Shown one piece after another: positions 1-8,704 of a stretch of DNA of 64,000 nt. Source of the DNA: Verrucomicrobiia bacterium (GTDB lineage Bacteria; Verrucomicrobiota; Verrucomicrobiia; Limisphaerales; Palsa-1400); contig DATAUD010000119.1 of the NCBI GenBank assembly GCA_036268455.1, positions 21,155-85,154 of the forward strand. The letters run 5' to 3'. Each line of letters opens with the position of its first letter. Positions within the stretch are counted from its first letter, which is position 1. A program made the translations under genes and the position numbers. Under the pieces are notes generated by a model, which did no database searches, was not told the origin of the DNA, and saw only the letters and a list, made by a program, of their open reading frames with translations.

Positions 1-400
1 CAAATTCAAAATTCGGGTCGGTCAGAAAACGAGGCGCGCTGTCAGACATGAGCACAATGGCGAAGAAGTTTTGCTCGGCGCCTATCTGGAACCCCAGGCT
101 GGCTTCGTTGGCGGCCAGAAATGCGACGGGACTCCACTTGCCAGTCCGCGGGTTTTTGGCAATCGCCACTCCAGAACCGCCTTGGTAGGCGAAGAGAAAG
201 CCGGCCTTGGTGCGGTCCAGCAGGATGATGGCGCGGGCTTTGCGAAGAACGTCGGCGGGAATGCGTTTGCCGGGATCTTGTTGCAATTCTTCAAATTTGG
301 CGGTGAGGGAGAGGACCCTTGCATCCAGATCGGGCTTCTCGAGGGCGATTGCCGGGCCGACGGTCAGCAGCAACACGAAACTGAGGAGGATAGTTCTCAT
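1..400 (-). CDS. SYLF (DUF500/Ysc84-like) domain protein, secreted; 3' end cut by window edge
   Basis: Not in ORF track because there is no stop in the window. Reverse translation from the ATG (complement of 398-400) gives MRTILLSFVLLLTVGPAIALEKPDLDARV...AYQGGSGVAIAKNPRTGKWSPVAFLAANEASLGFQIGAEQNFF. This shows a signal peptide plus a GxG...WSxPxF...GxQxGA pattern that I recognise as SYLF. The frame stays open to position 1. Confidence 0.6.
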   Translation of the reverse strand, partial: MRTILLSFVLLLTVGPAIALEKPDLDARVLSLTAKFEELQQDPGKRIPADVLRKARAIILLDRTKAGFLFAYQGGSGVAIAKNPRTGKWSPVAFLAANEASLGFQIGAEQNFFAIVLMSDSAPRFLTDPNFEF

Positions 401-540
401 ACTTGTTCATCGGGTTGGCGCAATCTGGCGGCGAGCGCGGACGCCATGACGACAAATGAAACGATTAACGACGCCGTGGCGCTCAGCCCGCCGAATAGCA
501 GAAGGAGGTCTTTCATTGCTCCAAATGCGGCAAGTTTCAT
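397..540 (-). CDS. hypothetical 47-aa hydrophobic peptide (MKLAAFGAMKDLLLLFGGLSATASLIVSFVVMASALAARLRQPDEQV)
   Basis: Trimmed from track ORF 397..681. Its TGA overlaps the ATG of the SYLF gene (ATGA at 397-400), which suggests translational coupling. One predicted TM helix, no recognisable family. Confidence 0.3.
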   Translation of the reverse strand: MKLAAFGAMKDLLLLFGGLSATASLIVSFVVMASALAARLRQPDEQV

Positions 541-655
541 GCCCGGCGAAATTCGCCGATTTTCGGGCGAATCTGGGGGTGGCGAAGGGAGCGGATGGAA
601 CTTTGAGAACCAGTCGTGGAACAAAAGCGACCAGTTTTGGCTGTTTTTTCGCTTC

Positions 656-2062
656 TCAGCTCCGGTGCCAGCCGAGTTCATTGAGTTTCTCGCGCATTTT
701 CAATCGGGTGACGCCAAGCCATCGGGCCGCTTTGGCCTGATTGCCCTGGGCCAGTTGTATCGCCTGCTTGAACAGTTCGGGTTCGAGGTCTGCAATCATG
801 CGCGAGAAAGCGTTGTCAATTTCGCCGTTTTGCGCGCGCGCGAGCAATTCAGTGATGTAGGCGGCATGGGTTTGCTGTTTTCCGTCGGCGGGGCGGCGGT
901 TTTTGGCCGTTACCTGCTGGACGTGCTCGAGGCCGATTGGGAAGGGCCGCGCGAGAAGGAGGGCCTGCCGCACCGAGTTTTCCAATTCCCGCACATTGCC
1001 GGGCCATGACTGGTTTTGCAAATAGGCCAGCGCCTCCTGTTGGACGGAAGGGGCCTCGACACCGAGGTCCTTCGCGTAACGCTGGATAAAGTATCTGGCA
1101 AGGTTTGGGATATCCTCCGTCCGCTGGCCGAGGGGAGGCAGTGTAATGGAAACGACGCTCAGACGATAAAAGAGGTCCTCGCGAAACTCGCCTTCCTTAA
1201 TCGCGGTATCGAGGTCGCGATGGGTGGCGGCGAGAACGCGGACGTCCACGGAAATATCCGCTTCGCTGCCGAGGCGTTGGATGCAACCCTCCTGGAGGAC
1301 GCGCAGGAGTTTGCCCTGGGTATTGGCGTTGAGGTCGCCGATCTCATCCAGGAAAAGCGTGCCGCCGCTGGCTTGTTCAAATCTTCCAATGCGTCGGCCC
1401 TGGGCGCCGGTGAACGCTCCGCGCTCGTGGCCAAAGAGTTCGCTCTCGAGCAAAGCGTCGGGGATGGCGGCACAGTTGACAGCGATGAAGGGTTTGTCGG
1501 CGCGGCGGCTGTGCTGGTAGATGGCGCGGGCGATGAGTTCCTTGCCCGTGCCTGTTGCGCCGCGGATCAGCACGGTGGCGGTCGTGGCGGCGACGCGGCC
1601 AATTTCCTTGTAGATCGCCTGCATCGCGCGGCTGTTGCCAATAATGGCGGAGCCGTCCGGCTTTGCCTCGCCCATATCGACCGGTTCGGACATGAGGCGG
1701 CTGCTGGCGACGGCTGTGGCCACCATGTCCAGCAACTCATCGGCCTCGAAAGGTTTGAGCAAATAATCACACGCGCCGAGTTTTGTTGCCTCGATGGCTG
1801 TCTCGGTTGTGCCGTGGGCGGTCATCAAAATGATCGGTTGCTTGGGTTTGGATGCGTGGAGGCGTTCGACAAGTTCCAGGCCGCCCAGTCCCGGCAATCT
1901 TAGATCGGTGACAACGACATCGTGAAATTCTCCCTGGGCGCGCTCCAATCCATCGTCTCCGCGACTGCAGATGGCGACGTCGTAACCTTCGGCGCACAGA
2001 ACTTTTTGCAGCGAGGCGGCGATGCTCGCGTCGTCTTCAATGAGGAGTAGTTTAGGCTTCAT
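656..2062 (-). CDS. sigma-54-dependent response regulator (NtrC/Fis family enhancer-binding protein)
   Basis: ORF 656..2329 trimmed to the ATG at 2062 (MKPKLLLIEDD), which overlaps the upstream kinase stop. REC domain (VVVTDLRLPG), AAA+ sigma-54 interaction domain (GATGTGKE Walker A, GAFTGA loop), C-terminal Fis-type HTH (AARWLGVTRLKMREKL). Confidence 0.9.
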   Translation of the reverse strand: MKPKLLLIEDDASIAASLQKVLCAEGYDVAICSRGDDGLERAQGEFHDVVVTDLRLPGLGGLELVERLHASKPKQPIILMTAHGTTETAIEATKLGACDYLLKPFEADELLDMVATAVASSRLMSEPVDMGEAKPDGSAIIGNSRAMQAIYKEIGRVAATTATVLIRGATGTGKELIARAIYQHSRRADKPFIAVNCAAIPDALLESELFGHERGAFTGAQGRRIGRFEQASGGTLFLDEIGDLNANTQGKLLRVLQEGCIQRLGSEADISVDVRVLAATHRDLDTAIKEGEFREDLFYRLSVVSITLPPLGQRTEDIPNLARYFIQRYAKDLGVEAPSVQQEALAYLQNQSWPGNVRELENSVRQALLLARPFPIGLEHVQQVTAKNRRPADGKQQTHAAYITELLARAQNGEIDNAFSRMIADLEPELFKQAIQLAQGNQAKAARWLGVTRLKMREKLNELGWHRS

Positions 2063-3473
2063 CTTTGGCGATTCGCGGCAACACGATGCTAAAGGTTGTG
2101 CCGCGCCGCAAATCAGTTTGATAACGGAGTTCACCACCATGGTTTTCGATAATGCGGGCGGCGATGGGAAGTCCCAATCCGGTGCCTCCTTCCTTGGTGG
2201 TGAAAAAAGGATCGAAGAGGCGTTTTTTGACTTCGGGCGGGATTCCTTTGCCGTTGTCCACGACCTCGATGACGACCAGTGACGGGCCTCTGCGAGCAGA
2301 CGGAGGTTCGTGGCGAAGGCGCAGTACAATCACACCGTTGCGTTCGATGCTTTCGGCGGAATTATGGATTAGATTGATGAGGACCTGCTTGACTTGTTGG
2401 GGGTCGGCCCGGACCCAGGACTCCTCGGGGATTTCCAATTTCAGCGCGATGGCGTCCTTTTCCAACTGCGGCAGGAGCAAGTCCGCCACCTCGCGCAACA
2501 TGCGCCCCACAGGCACTTCAACCAGTTCGGGATGAGACGGGCGGGCGAATTGAAGGACGTTGCGGACGATCCGTTCCAGGCGTGTGATTTCGCTTGCGAT
2601 GACGGCGGCGTCTTCGTTTTCCGCGAGGGCTGGAGGGAGCGTGTTTTTAAGGCTGAAAAGGCGAAATTTGATGGCGGTGAGCGGATTGCGGATTTCATGC
2701 GCGACGCCCGCGGCGAGAACGCCAAGAGAGGCCAGTTTTTCCTGGCGGGCCACTTCGGCGCGCGTTTCAATCAGTTGATGCCGGAGGGGAGCGATCATGC
2801 CTCGGTAAACGAGCACAACCAGTGCCGCGGCCAGGAGCACGACGATCAGCAAGGAGGTTTGCAGCATTTCCTGGAAACGAGCGAGAGTTCCCTGGGATTT
2901 TCTGAGAAAATCGCCGAATGAGGCGCGTTGATTGTCGATAAATGAATCGCACAGAGCGAGCAGGCGGCGCGACTGGACTTGGACTTTTTCGTAGCTGTTC
3001 TTGAACTCGCGCGCCTGGGTCGATTTGAGCCATCCAAGGGGCTCTTGCAAAACAGGGGCGCTGTCCATCAGATAATCGGCGTACGCGAGCCGGACCTGGC
3101 GAAAGAAATCGGCCTCCACGGGAGTCGCGGCGTTGGTGGCGTTTTGCTCCAGCCATTGCTTGAAATCCCGGGCCTGCTCGCGGAACGCTTCGATGTCGTT
3201 CGTGTCGCCGCGAAGACGGTAGCGGAGGAGTGTCTCGTTTAACCGCTGGATGTCGCCGCGCATGCGAACGCCGAGGTAAAAGTTGTCCGCCTTGAGGCCG
3301 GCAAATTGGCGGCGCAAACTTTTCACCCGCTCCCATGTGGAATGGCTGGCCCAAAGAAGGAGAATTGAACCGACGAAGGCGGTCAAACATAATCCCGCCA
3401 GACGCAGGCGGGCGGCCGGATTTCCGCGGGCGGCACCGGTCAATCCACGTGTGGAATTAAATGTTTCATCCAT
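2052..3473 (-). CDS. sensor histidine kinase (HisKA + HATPase_c) with two-TM periplasmic helical sensor
   Basis: H-box GVAHEIRNPLTAI; N/G boxes LINLIHNSAES, DNGKGIP, GGTGLGLPIA. N-terminal TM, about 150 aa helical region, then a second TM. Overlaps the cognate regulator start. Confidence 0.9.
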   Translation of the reverse strand: MDETFNSTRGLTGAARGNPAARLRLAGLCLTAFVGSILLLWASHSTWERVKSLRRQFAGLKADNFYLGVRMRGDIQRLNETLLRYRLRGDTNDIEAFREQARDFKQWLEQNATNAATPVEADFFRQVRLAYADYLMDSAPVLQEPLGWLKSTQAREFKNSYEKVQVQSRRLLALCDSFIDNQRASFGDFLRKSQGTLARFQEMLQTSLLIVVLLAAALVVLVYRGMIAPLRHQLIETRAEVARQEKLASLGVLAAGVAHEIRNPLTAIKFRLFSLKNTLPPALAENEDAAVIASEITRLERIVRNVLQFARPSHPELVEVPVGRMLREVADLLLPQLEKDAIALKLEIPEESWVRADPQQVKQVLINLIHNSAESIERNGVIVLRLRHEPPSARRGPSLVVIEVVDNGKGIPPEVKKRLFDPFFTTKEGGTGLGLPIAARIIENHGGELRYQTDLRRGTTFSIVLPRIAKDEA

Positions 3474-3496
3474 TTGCGGTCAAGTGTCAGAGTTTG

Positions 3497-3516
3497 GGAA
3501 CAACCCTTAATGTTCC
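3497..3516. promoter_or_regulatory. inverted repeat GGAACA-N8-TGTTCC, candidate enhancer-binding-protein site
   Basis: Perfect 6-bp arms read directly. Lies about 25 bp upstream of the sigma-54-like -24 element in the 95-bp divergent spacer. Confidence 0.25.
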
Positions 3517-3539
3517 GGGAGGATTATTGCTCCATCGCG

Positions 3540-3556
3540 TTGGCACGGCAAACGCT
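3540..3556 (+). promoter_or_regulatory. candidate sigma-54 (-24/-12) promoter TTGGCACGGCAAACGCT
   Basis: TGGCAC-N5-ACGC-T, with GG and GC at canonical spacing. Plus orientation, directly upstream of the CheY/bactofilin operon. The -12 GC is only 13 nt before the ATG at 3569, which implies a near-leaderless transcript. Confidence 0.4.
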
Positions 3557-3568
3557 AATCTACTTTTC

Positions 3569-3988
3569 ATGAAGCAGACGATTCTTGTGGTTGATGATGA
3601 CGCGTCTGTCCTGGAATCCGTGGACAAGGTGCTTAGAGGGGCCGGCTATCAAACGTTGCTGGCGGCGGGAGTGTCCGATGCCATCGTGCAATTTCATGCT
3701 CTTCCAATCGACCTTGTGATGCTCGACATCGGCCTTCCAAATAAGAAGGGCTGGGAGACGTGCAGGCAGGTTTCCGGGGCGCATCCGAACGTTCCGATGA
3801 TCGTCATCGCCGGGCAGGGCGGACCGTTTAGTTCGGCGCTGGCGGCTGGCGCGTCGGCGTTTATGGTGAAACCGCTTGATGCGAACGAAATGCTGAAGAA
3901 GGCGCAGGAACTCCTGGCGCATCCGAGGCAAATCTTGCTGGACCCCGGACAGACGACAACGCATTCCATCCCAAACTTTTCGATTTAA
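3569..3988 (+). CDS. single-domain response regulator (CheY-like receiver)
   Basis: ORF 3461..3988 trimmed to MKQTILVVDDD. Receiver motifs DLVMLDIGLPNKKG and AFMVKPL; no output domain. Confidence 0.85.
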   Translation: MKQTILVVDDDASVLESVDKVLRGAGYQTLLAAGVSDAIVQFHALPIDLVMLDIGLPNKKGWETCRQVSGAHPNVPMIVIAGQGGPFSSALAAGASAFMVKPLDANEMLKKAQELLAHPRQILLDPGQTTTHSIPNFSI

Positions 3989-3990
3989 CC

Positions 3991-4404
3991 ATGAGTGTCA
4001 CAGCGAATACCGGAGCCAGGAACATTCTCAATTCGGACGTCGAGATCAAAGGAAACCTTAAATTTTCCGGGGAATTGAACTTCTCGGGAAAGCTGGACGG
4101 CGAGATTCAATCTGAAGGCGCGCTCCATCTTGGCGACGAAGCGGTCGTCCGGGGCAACATCAATCTTCAATCCGTGATATTGCGCGGCAAGGTGAGCGGG
4201 AATGTATCCGCCAGGGAGCGAATTGAAATCAAGGCAAAGGGGGAGCTGTTCGGCGACATTCGCGCGTCCAAGCTGGTGATTGAGGAAGGGGCGACGTTCG
4301 TGGGCAGGTGCGACGTCAACCCAAACAAAGCCGTGCCGCCGCCGCAAGCCGGAACACCCGCGGCAACGAAACCTTCCGAGCCTGTGATTCCAACGAAAAA
4401 ATGA
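3991..4404 (+). CDS. bactofilin (DUF583 polymer-forming cytoskeletal protein)
   Basis: Typical beta-helix repeats: NILNSDVEIKGNLKFSGELNFSGKLDGEIQSEGALHLGDEAVVRGNI...LFGDIRASKLVIEEGATFVGRCDV. Pro-rich C-terminal tail. Confidence 0.9.
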   Translation: MSVTANTGARNILNSDVEIKGNLKFSGELNFSGKLDGEIQSEGALHLGDEAVVRGNINLQSVILRGKVSGNVSARERIEIKAKGELFGDIRASKLVIEEGATFVGRCDVNPNKAVPPPQAGTPAATKPSEPVIPTKK

Positions 4405-4413
4405 GATACAAAC

Positions 4414-4821
4414 ATGAGCACACCCAACAATGACTCCAAGAACATCCTGAGTTCCGACGTGGAACTCAAAGGCACACTCCGATTTTCCGGCGAATTGACC
4501 TTCGATGGAAAGCTGGAGGGCGATATTCATTCCGAAGGCGCCCTCCACCTGGGGGACAACGCTGTCGTCAAAGGCAACATCACCGCCAATTCCGTGGTGG
4601 TTCGCGGCAAGGTCAACGGCAACGTCACGGCGAAGGAAAAGATCGACATCAAAACGAAGACCGAATTGTTCGGAGACGTGCGCGCCGCCCGGTTGGTGAT
4701 GGAGGAGGGCGTCACGTTTGTGGGCCAGACAGAGGTCAACCCCAACAAAGTTTCGCCCGTAGCGCCGCGGCCCGGCGAACCGGCAAAACCGGTCCTTCCC
4801 GGCAAGCCAGGAGGAATCTGA
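4414..4821 (+). CDS. bactofilin paralog
   Basis: Colinear with the previous gene (NILSSDVELKGTLRFSGELTFDGKLEGDIHSEGALHLGDNAVVKGNI...LFGDVRAARLVMEEGVTFVGQTEV). Confidence 0.9.
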   Translation: MSTPNNDSKNILSSDVELKGTLRFSGELTFDGKLEGDIHSEGALHLGDNAVVKGNITANSVVVRGKVNGNVTAKEKIDIKTKTELFGDVRAARLVMEEGVTFVGQTEVNPNKVSPVAPRPGEPAKPVLPGKPGGI

Positions 4822-4827
4822 TCCCCA

Positions 4828-5523
4828 GTGGCACTCAAGGTGGATACGGTTTTGGTGACCTGCCCCAGTTGCGGTCACAAACAGCCGGAACCGCGCAGTG
4901 CTTATTCCGGCATCTGTAAGAGATGCCGCGGGCATTTTCGCCTTGCCGAAGCGCTGGATACAACGCCCAAGCCACCGCCGCTGGCGTTCGAGCAGAGGCG
5001 CGTGGCCTGTTTCGAATGTGGCGCTGAATTGGAGGTGTCTATCGCGGCCGAATCGACGATGTGCAAGCGGTGCAGCAGCCACGTGGACCTGCGCGATTAT
5101 CAAATCACGCAGGCTATTTCAAAAAGTTTCCGAACGCATGGCCGTTTGGTCATCGAGGAAAAGGGTTATCTCCTCAACACCGAATCTGTCGCGGGCGATG
5201 CTGTCATCAAGGGCCGCCTGATCGGCAAGCTCATGGCGAAGCGAACGCTCGAGATTTATTCCACCGCCCATATCAAAGGGACATTCACGGCGGAGCGGCT
5301 CATTGTCCCGGCGGGCAACCATTTTCGCTGGCCAGAAATCGTTCGGGTCGGAGGCGCGGAGATCGGCGGCGAACTGGCAGCCGAATTGGAAAGTTCAGGC
5401 ATTATCCATCTCAAGTCCACCGCCCGGCTTTTTGGGAATGTCCTGGCGCGTCACCTGATCGTCGAGAGCGGCGCGGTATTGGTCGGCGCGGCGCGAATCG
5501 GCAAGTTGCCTGCCCTCTCTTGA
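4828..5523 (+). CDS. double zinc-ribbon / bactofilin-domain fusion protein
   Basis: GTG start. N-terminus has four CxxC pairs (CPSCG...CKRCRG...CFECG...CKRCSS). The C-terminal half has bactofilin-like repeats (GRLVIEEKGYLLNTESVAGDAVIKGRLIGKLMAKRTLEIYSTAHIKGTFTAERLIV...LFGNVLARHLIVESGAVLVG). Confidence 0.75.
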   Translation: MALKVDTVLVTCPSCGHKQPEPRSAYSGICKRCRGHFRLAEALDTTPKPPPLAFEQRRVACFECGAELEVSIAAESTMCKRCSSHVDLRDYQITQAISKSFRTHGRLVIEEKGYLLNTESVAGDAVIKGRLIGKLMAKRTLEIYSTAHIKGTFTAERLIVPAGNHFRWPEIVRVGGAEIGGELAAELESSGIIHLKSTARLFGNVLARHLIVESGAVLVGAARIGKLPALS

Positions 5524-5643
5524 GGGTATTGACGGGGGAGGGAGTTGGCTGGCATCTTGATACTCAGACGAATGCCGCAATATTTTCGAAAACGAATAAA
5601 TTACGCCGGATGGGCGTCTGATTTAAGGAGCAGCTATCCTTCG

Positions 5644-8600
5644 ATGCACCGGCTTGGAGTCTTATTTCTGACCGTCTTATGTTCGGCGGCGGCGTCCGCT
5701 TTTGGCGCGCCAGTCGTGCCGGCAGCGGGCGTGTCCACGTCTAAAGGCAAGGTGGACTTTGTCCGCGACATTCAGCCGATGATTTCGGGGAAGTGCCTGA
5801 GTTGCCACGGGCCTCGCAAGCAGGAGGGGCATTTGCGATGGGACAACAAAGAAAGCGCGCTGACCGGCGGGGAGCACGGACCTAATATCATTCCAGGCAA
5901 TAGCGGCAAAAGCCGGCTCATCCAATTGGTCACAAGCACCAATGATGATGATATTATGCCGCAAAAGGGGGACCCACTGACGGATGCGCAAGTCAGCGTT
6001 CTCCGGGCGTGGATCGATCAAGGGGCGAATTGGCCAGCGAGTGCGTCTGTGGAAATCGTGGATCCGCGGAAGCATTGGGCTTTCAAGGCTCCGGTGAGGC
6101 CGGCGCCGCCATCGGTCAAGAATAAGAAATGGGTGCGCAATCCGATTGATGACTTCGTTTTGGCGAAGCTTGAGGAGGAGAAGTTATCGCCGTCGCCAGA
6201 GGCGGACCGGGCGACGCTGTTGCGGCGGGTGAGTCTGGACCTGACGGGGTTGCCGCCGACGATTGAGGAGGTGCAGGAATTTGTGAACGACCGTTCGCCG
6301 GACGCTTATAAACGGCAGGTGGAACGGCTTCTGGCATCGCCGCATTACGGGGAATGCTGGGCGCGGCATTGGCTGGATGTGGCGCATTACGCGGATTCGA
6401 ACGGTTACGAAAAGGATTTGACGCGCTCGATTTGGCCGTATCGAGACTGGGTGATTAACGCCTACAACGAGAACATGCCGTTCGATCAGTTTGCGATTGA
6501 TCAATTGGCGGGAGACATGCTGCCGAATGCGACGCCTGAGGAGAAGGCGGCGACGGGATTTCTTCGGAATTCGATGCTGAATGAGGAAGGGGGGATTGAC
6601 CCGGAGCAGTTTAGGATTCAAGGAATTATTGAACGGATGGATGTCCTCGGGAAATCATTTCTCGGTTTGACGATCAATTGCTGCCAGTGCCACAACCACA
6701 AATACGATCCGATTTCGCAGAAGGAGTATTATCAGTTGTTCGCCTTCCTCAATAATGACGATGAGCCGGCAATGGAAATTCCCGACAAGAAAACCGAGGC
6801 GGCGCGCGACGGCATCCGAGACACAATCGCCAAAATGGAAGATGAAATGCTGACAAAAACGCCGGGCATCGCTGGAAAAATGGAGGCGTGGGAGAAAAAA
6901 ATGGCCGGGGTGAAGCGCGATTGGACTGTGCTGGACCCCTCGGCGTTTTATGGCTCGGTGGGAACGAAATTCAACAAGCAGGACGATGGATCGTTGCTGG
7001 CGACCGGGTCGAATCCGCCGTTTTCCGAGTATAGCGTCACGTGCAAAACGAAGCTCAAGGGGATCACGGCTTTTCGATTGGAGGCGCTGCCGGACCCGAA
7101 CCTTCCTTACAACGGGCCGGGCCGCGCGGAGAACGGGAACTTTGTGCTCTCGGAGTTTTCGGTCCAGGCGGGAACCAACAAAGTCGTGTTGACCAATGCC
7201 ACGGCTGATTTTTCGCAGGCTGGGTTTTCCGTCGCGGCCGCGATCGACGGAATAATAACGAACAAAATCGGCTGGGCTGTCGAGGATTTGCCGGGGCGGC
7301 GCAATCGTTATCGTCAGGCGGTATTTGAAACGGTTACACCGGTTGGCGATGGCAACGAGATAACACTGAAGTTCGCGCTGAACCAATCTTATGGCTCTGA
7401 ACATACGATTGGGCGGTTCCGCATTTCGGCGAGCACGGGAGATCGTCCAGTCCAGGCCGACCCGCTCTCGCCGCACGGGCGGGAAATTCTTGCGATAGCG
7501 CGGGCGAACCGGACGGCGGCGCAAGAGCGGGAATTGTTCAATTTTTATCGTGTGAGCGATCCCGAGCTTGCGGAGGCCAACAATAAAATCGACGATGAAC
7601 AAGGGAAATGGCCGACCGCTCCGACGACTTTGGTTTTGCAAGCGCGAGCGGAGCCGCGGGAGACGCACATATTCAAACGCGGCGATTGGCAAAAGCAGGG
7701 AGAGCTGGTTACGCCGGGCGTGCCATCAATTTTGCACCCGTTGCCGCCGGGCCAGCCGCTGAATCGATTGACGCTGGCCAAGTGGCTCGTGGATAAAAAG
7801 AATCCGACGCTGGCGCGGGTCATCGTGAACAGAATCTGGCAGGAATATTTCGGGCGCGGGATTGTTGTGACCTCGGAGGATTTTGGCACGCAAGGAGACA
7901 AACCGACACATCCGAAATTGTTGGATTGGCTGGCGACCGAATTCATGAATTCCAGATGGGACGTCAAACATATCCAACGGCTCATTGCGGAATCCGCGAC
8001 GTATAGGCAATCGTCGGTCATCACGCCGCAGATGTGGGAGCGCGACCAATACAATTCGCTTTTGGCGCGCGGGCCGCGGGTGCGAGTTGACGCGGAAATC
8101 ATACGCGACATTGCGTTGAGCGCGGGGGGATTGCTGGACCTCAAAGTCGGCGGGCCGAGTGTTTATCCGCCCATTCCCGACGGTGTATTGACGCTTGGCT
8201 ACGGAGCGCCGATGGCCTGGAAGACGAAAGCGGATGACCGTTATCGCCGCGGGATGTACACTTTTGCGAAGCGCTCGGTGCCGTATCCTTCATTGCAGGT
8301 GTTTGACGCGCCGACGGGGGAATCGCCTTGCACGCGGCGCATTCGGTCGAACACGCCGTTGCAGGCGTTGACGACGTTGAATGACCCTGTGTACGTCGAG
8401 GCGGCGCAGGCGATGGCGATGCGGGTGTGGAAAAACGGAGGAAAGGACGAGAAGTCGCGGATCAATTACGCGTTCGAGCTTTGCACAGGCCGCCAGCCGG
8501 GGCCGAGCGAAGTCGCAACCATTTCTTCATTGCTCAACGATGAAAGCGATTACTTTGAAAACAGCACGGTCCGCGCGGTAAAAGTAGCCTCGCACGACCC

Positions 8601-8700
8601 GAAAAATCCGCCGGAGGATGTCAACCTGCACAAGGTGGCGGCGTGGACGATGGTTTCGCGTGTGTTGCTGAACATGGACGAGACAATTACAAAGGAGTGA
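5644..8700 (+). CDS. PSCyt1/PSCyt2(DUF1549)/PSD1(DUF1553) domain protein
   Basis: Trimmed to [21 protein letters not shown] (signal peptide). CLSCHG cytochrome-c-like motif, [11 protein letters not shown] (DUF1549), [12 protein letters not shown]-terminal DUF1553-like region. AAGGAG lies upstream of the ATG. Confidence 0.9.
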   Translation: MHRLGVLFLTVLCSAAASAFGAPVVPAAGVSTSKGKVDFVRDIQPMISGKCLSCHGPRKQEGHLRWDNKESALTGGEHGPNIIPGNSGKSRLIQLVTSTNDDDIMPQKGDPLTDAQVSVLRAWIDQGANWPASASVEIVDPRKHWAFKAPVRPAPPSVKNKKWVRNPIDDFVLAKLEEEKLSPSPEADRATLLRRVSLDLTGLPPTIEEVQEFVNDRSPDAYKRQVERLLASPHYGECWARHWLDVAHYADSNGYEKDLTRSIWPYRDWVINAYNENMPFDQFAIDQLAGDMLPNATPEEKAATGFLRNSMLNEEGGIDPEQFRIQGIIERMDVLGKSFLGLTINCCQCHNHKYDPISQKEYYQLFAFLNNDDEPAMEIPDKKTEAARDGIRDTIAKMEDEMLTKTPGIAGKMEAWEKKMAGVKRDWTVLDPSAFYGSVGTKFNKQDDGSLLATGSNPPFSEYSVTCKTKLKGITAFRLEALPDPNLPYNGPGRAENGNFVLSEFSVQAGTNKVVLTNATADFSQAGFSVAAAIDGIITNKIGWAVEDLPGRRNRYRQAVFETVTPVGDGNEITLKFALNQSYGSEHTIGRFRISASTGDRPVQADPLSPHGREILAIARANRTAAQERELFNFYRVSDPELAEANNKIDDEQGKWPTAPTTLVLQARAEPRETHIFKRGDWQKQGELVTPGVPSILHPLPPGQPLNRLTLAKWLVDKKNPTLARVIVNRIWQEYFGRGIVVTSEDFGTQGDKPTHPKLLDWLATEFMNSRWDVKHIQRLIAESATYRQSSVITPQMWERDQYNSLLARGPRVRVDAEIIRDIALSAGGLLDLKVGGPSVYPPIPDGVLTLGYGAPMAWKTKADDRYRRGMYTFAKRSVPYPSLQVFDAPTGESPCTRRIRSNTPLQALTTLNDPVYVEAAQAMAMRVWKNGGKDEKSRINYAFELCTGRQPGPSEVATISSLLNDESDYFENSTVRAVKVASHDPKNPPEDVNLHKVAAWTMVSRVLLNMDETITKE

Positions 8701-8704
8701 AGTC

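Noticed and set aside
3985-5103. 372-aa ORF on the minus strand
   Set aside because: Antisense to the two bactofilin genes and the zinc-ribbon gene. It has no motifs, and the plus-strand genes have strong family signatures.
5551-5566. TGGCTGGCATCTTGA upstream of the PSCyt gene
   Set aside because: It resembles a -24 element, but neither register gives a GC dinucleotide at -12.
6655-7692. 345-aa ORF on the minus strand (similar cases at 1016..1903, 19590..20573, 10348..11226, 11944..12843, 30313..31164 and 60194..61051)
   Set aside because: All lie opposite well-supported genes and have Arg/Pro-rich compositions characteristic of antisense frames in high-GC sequence.
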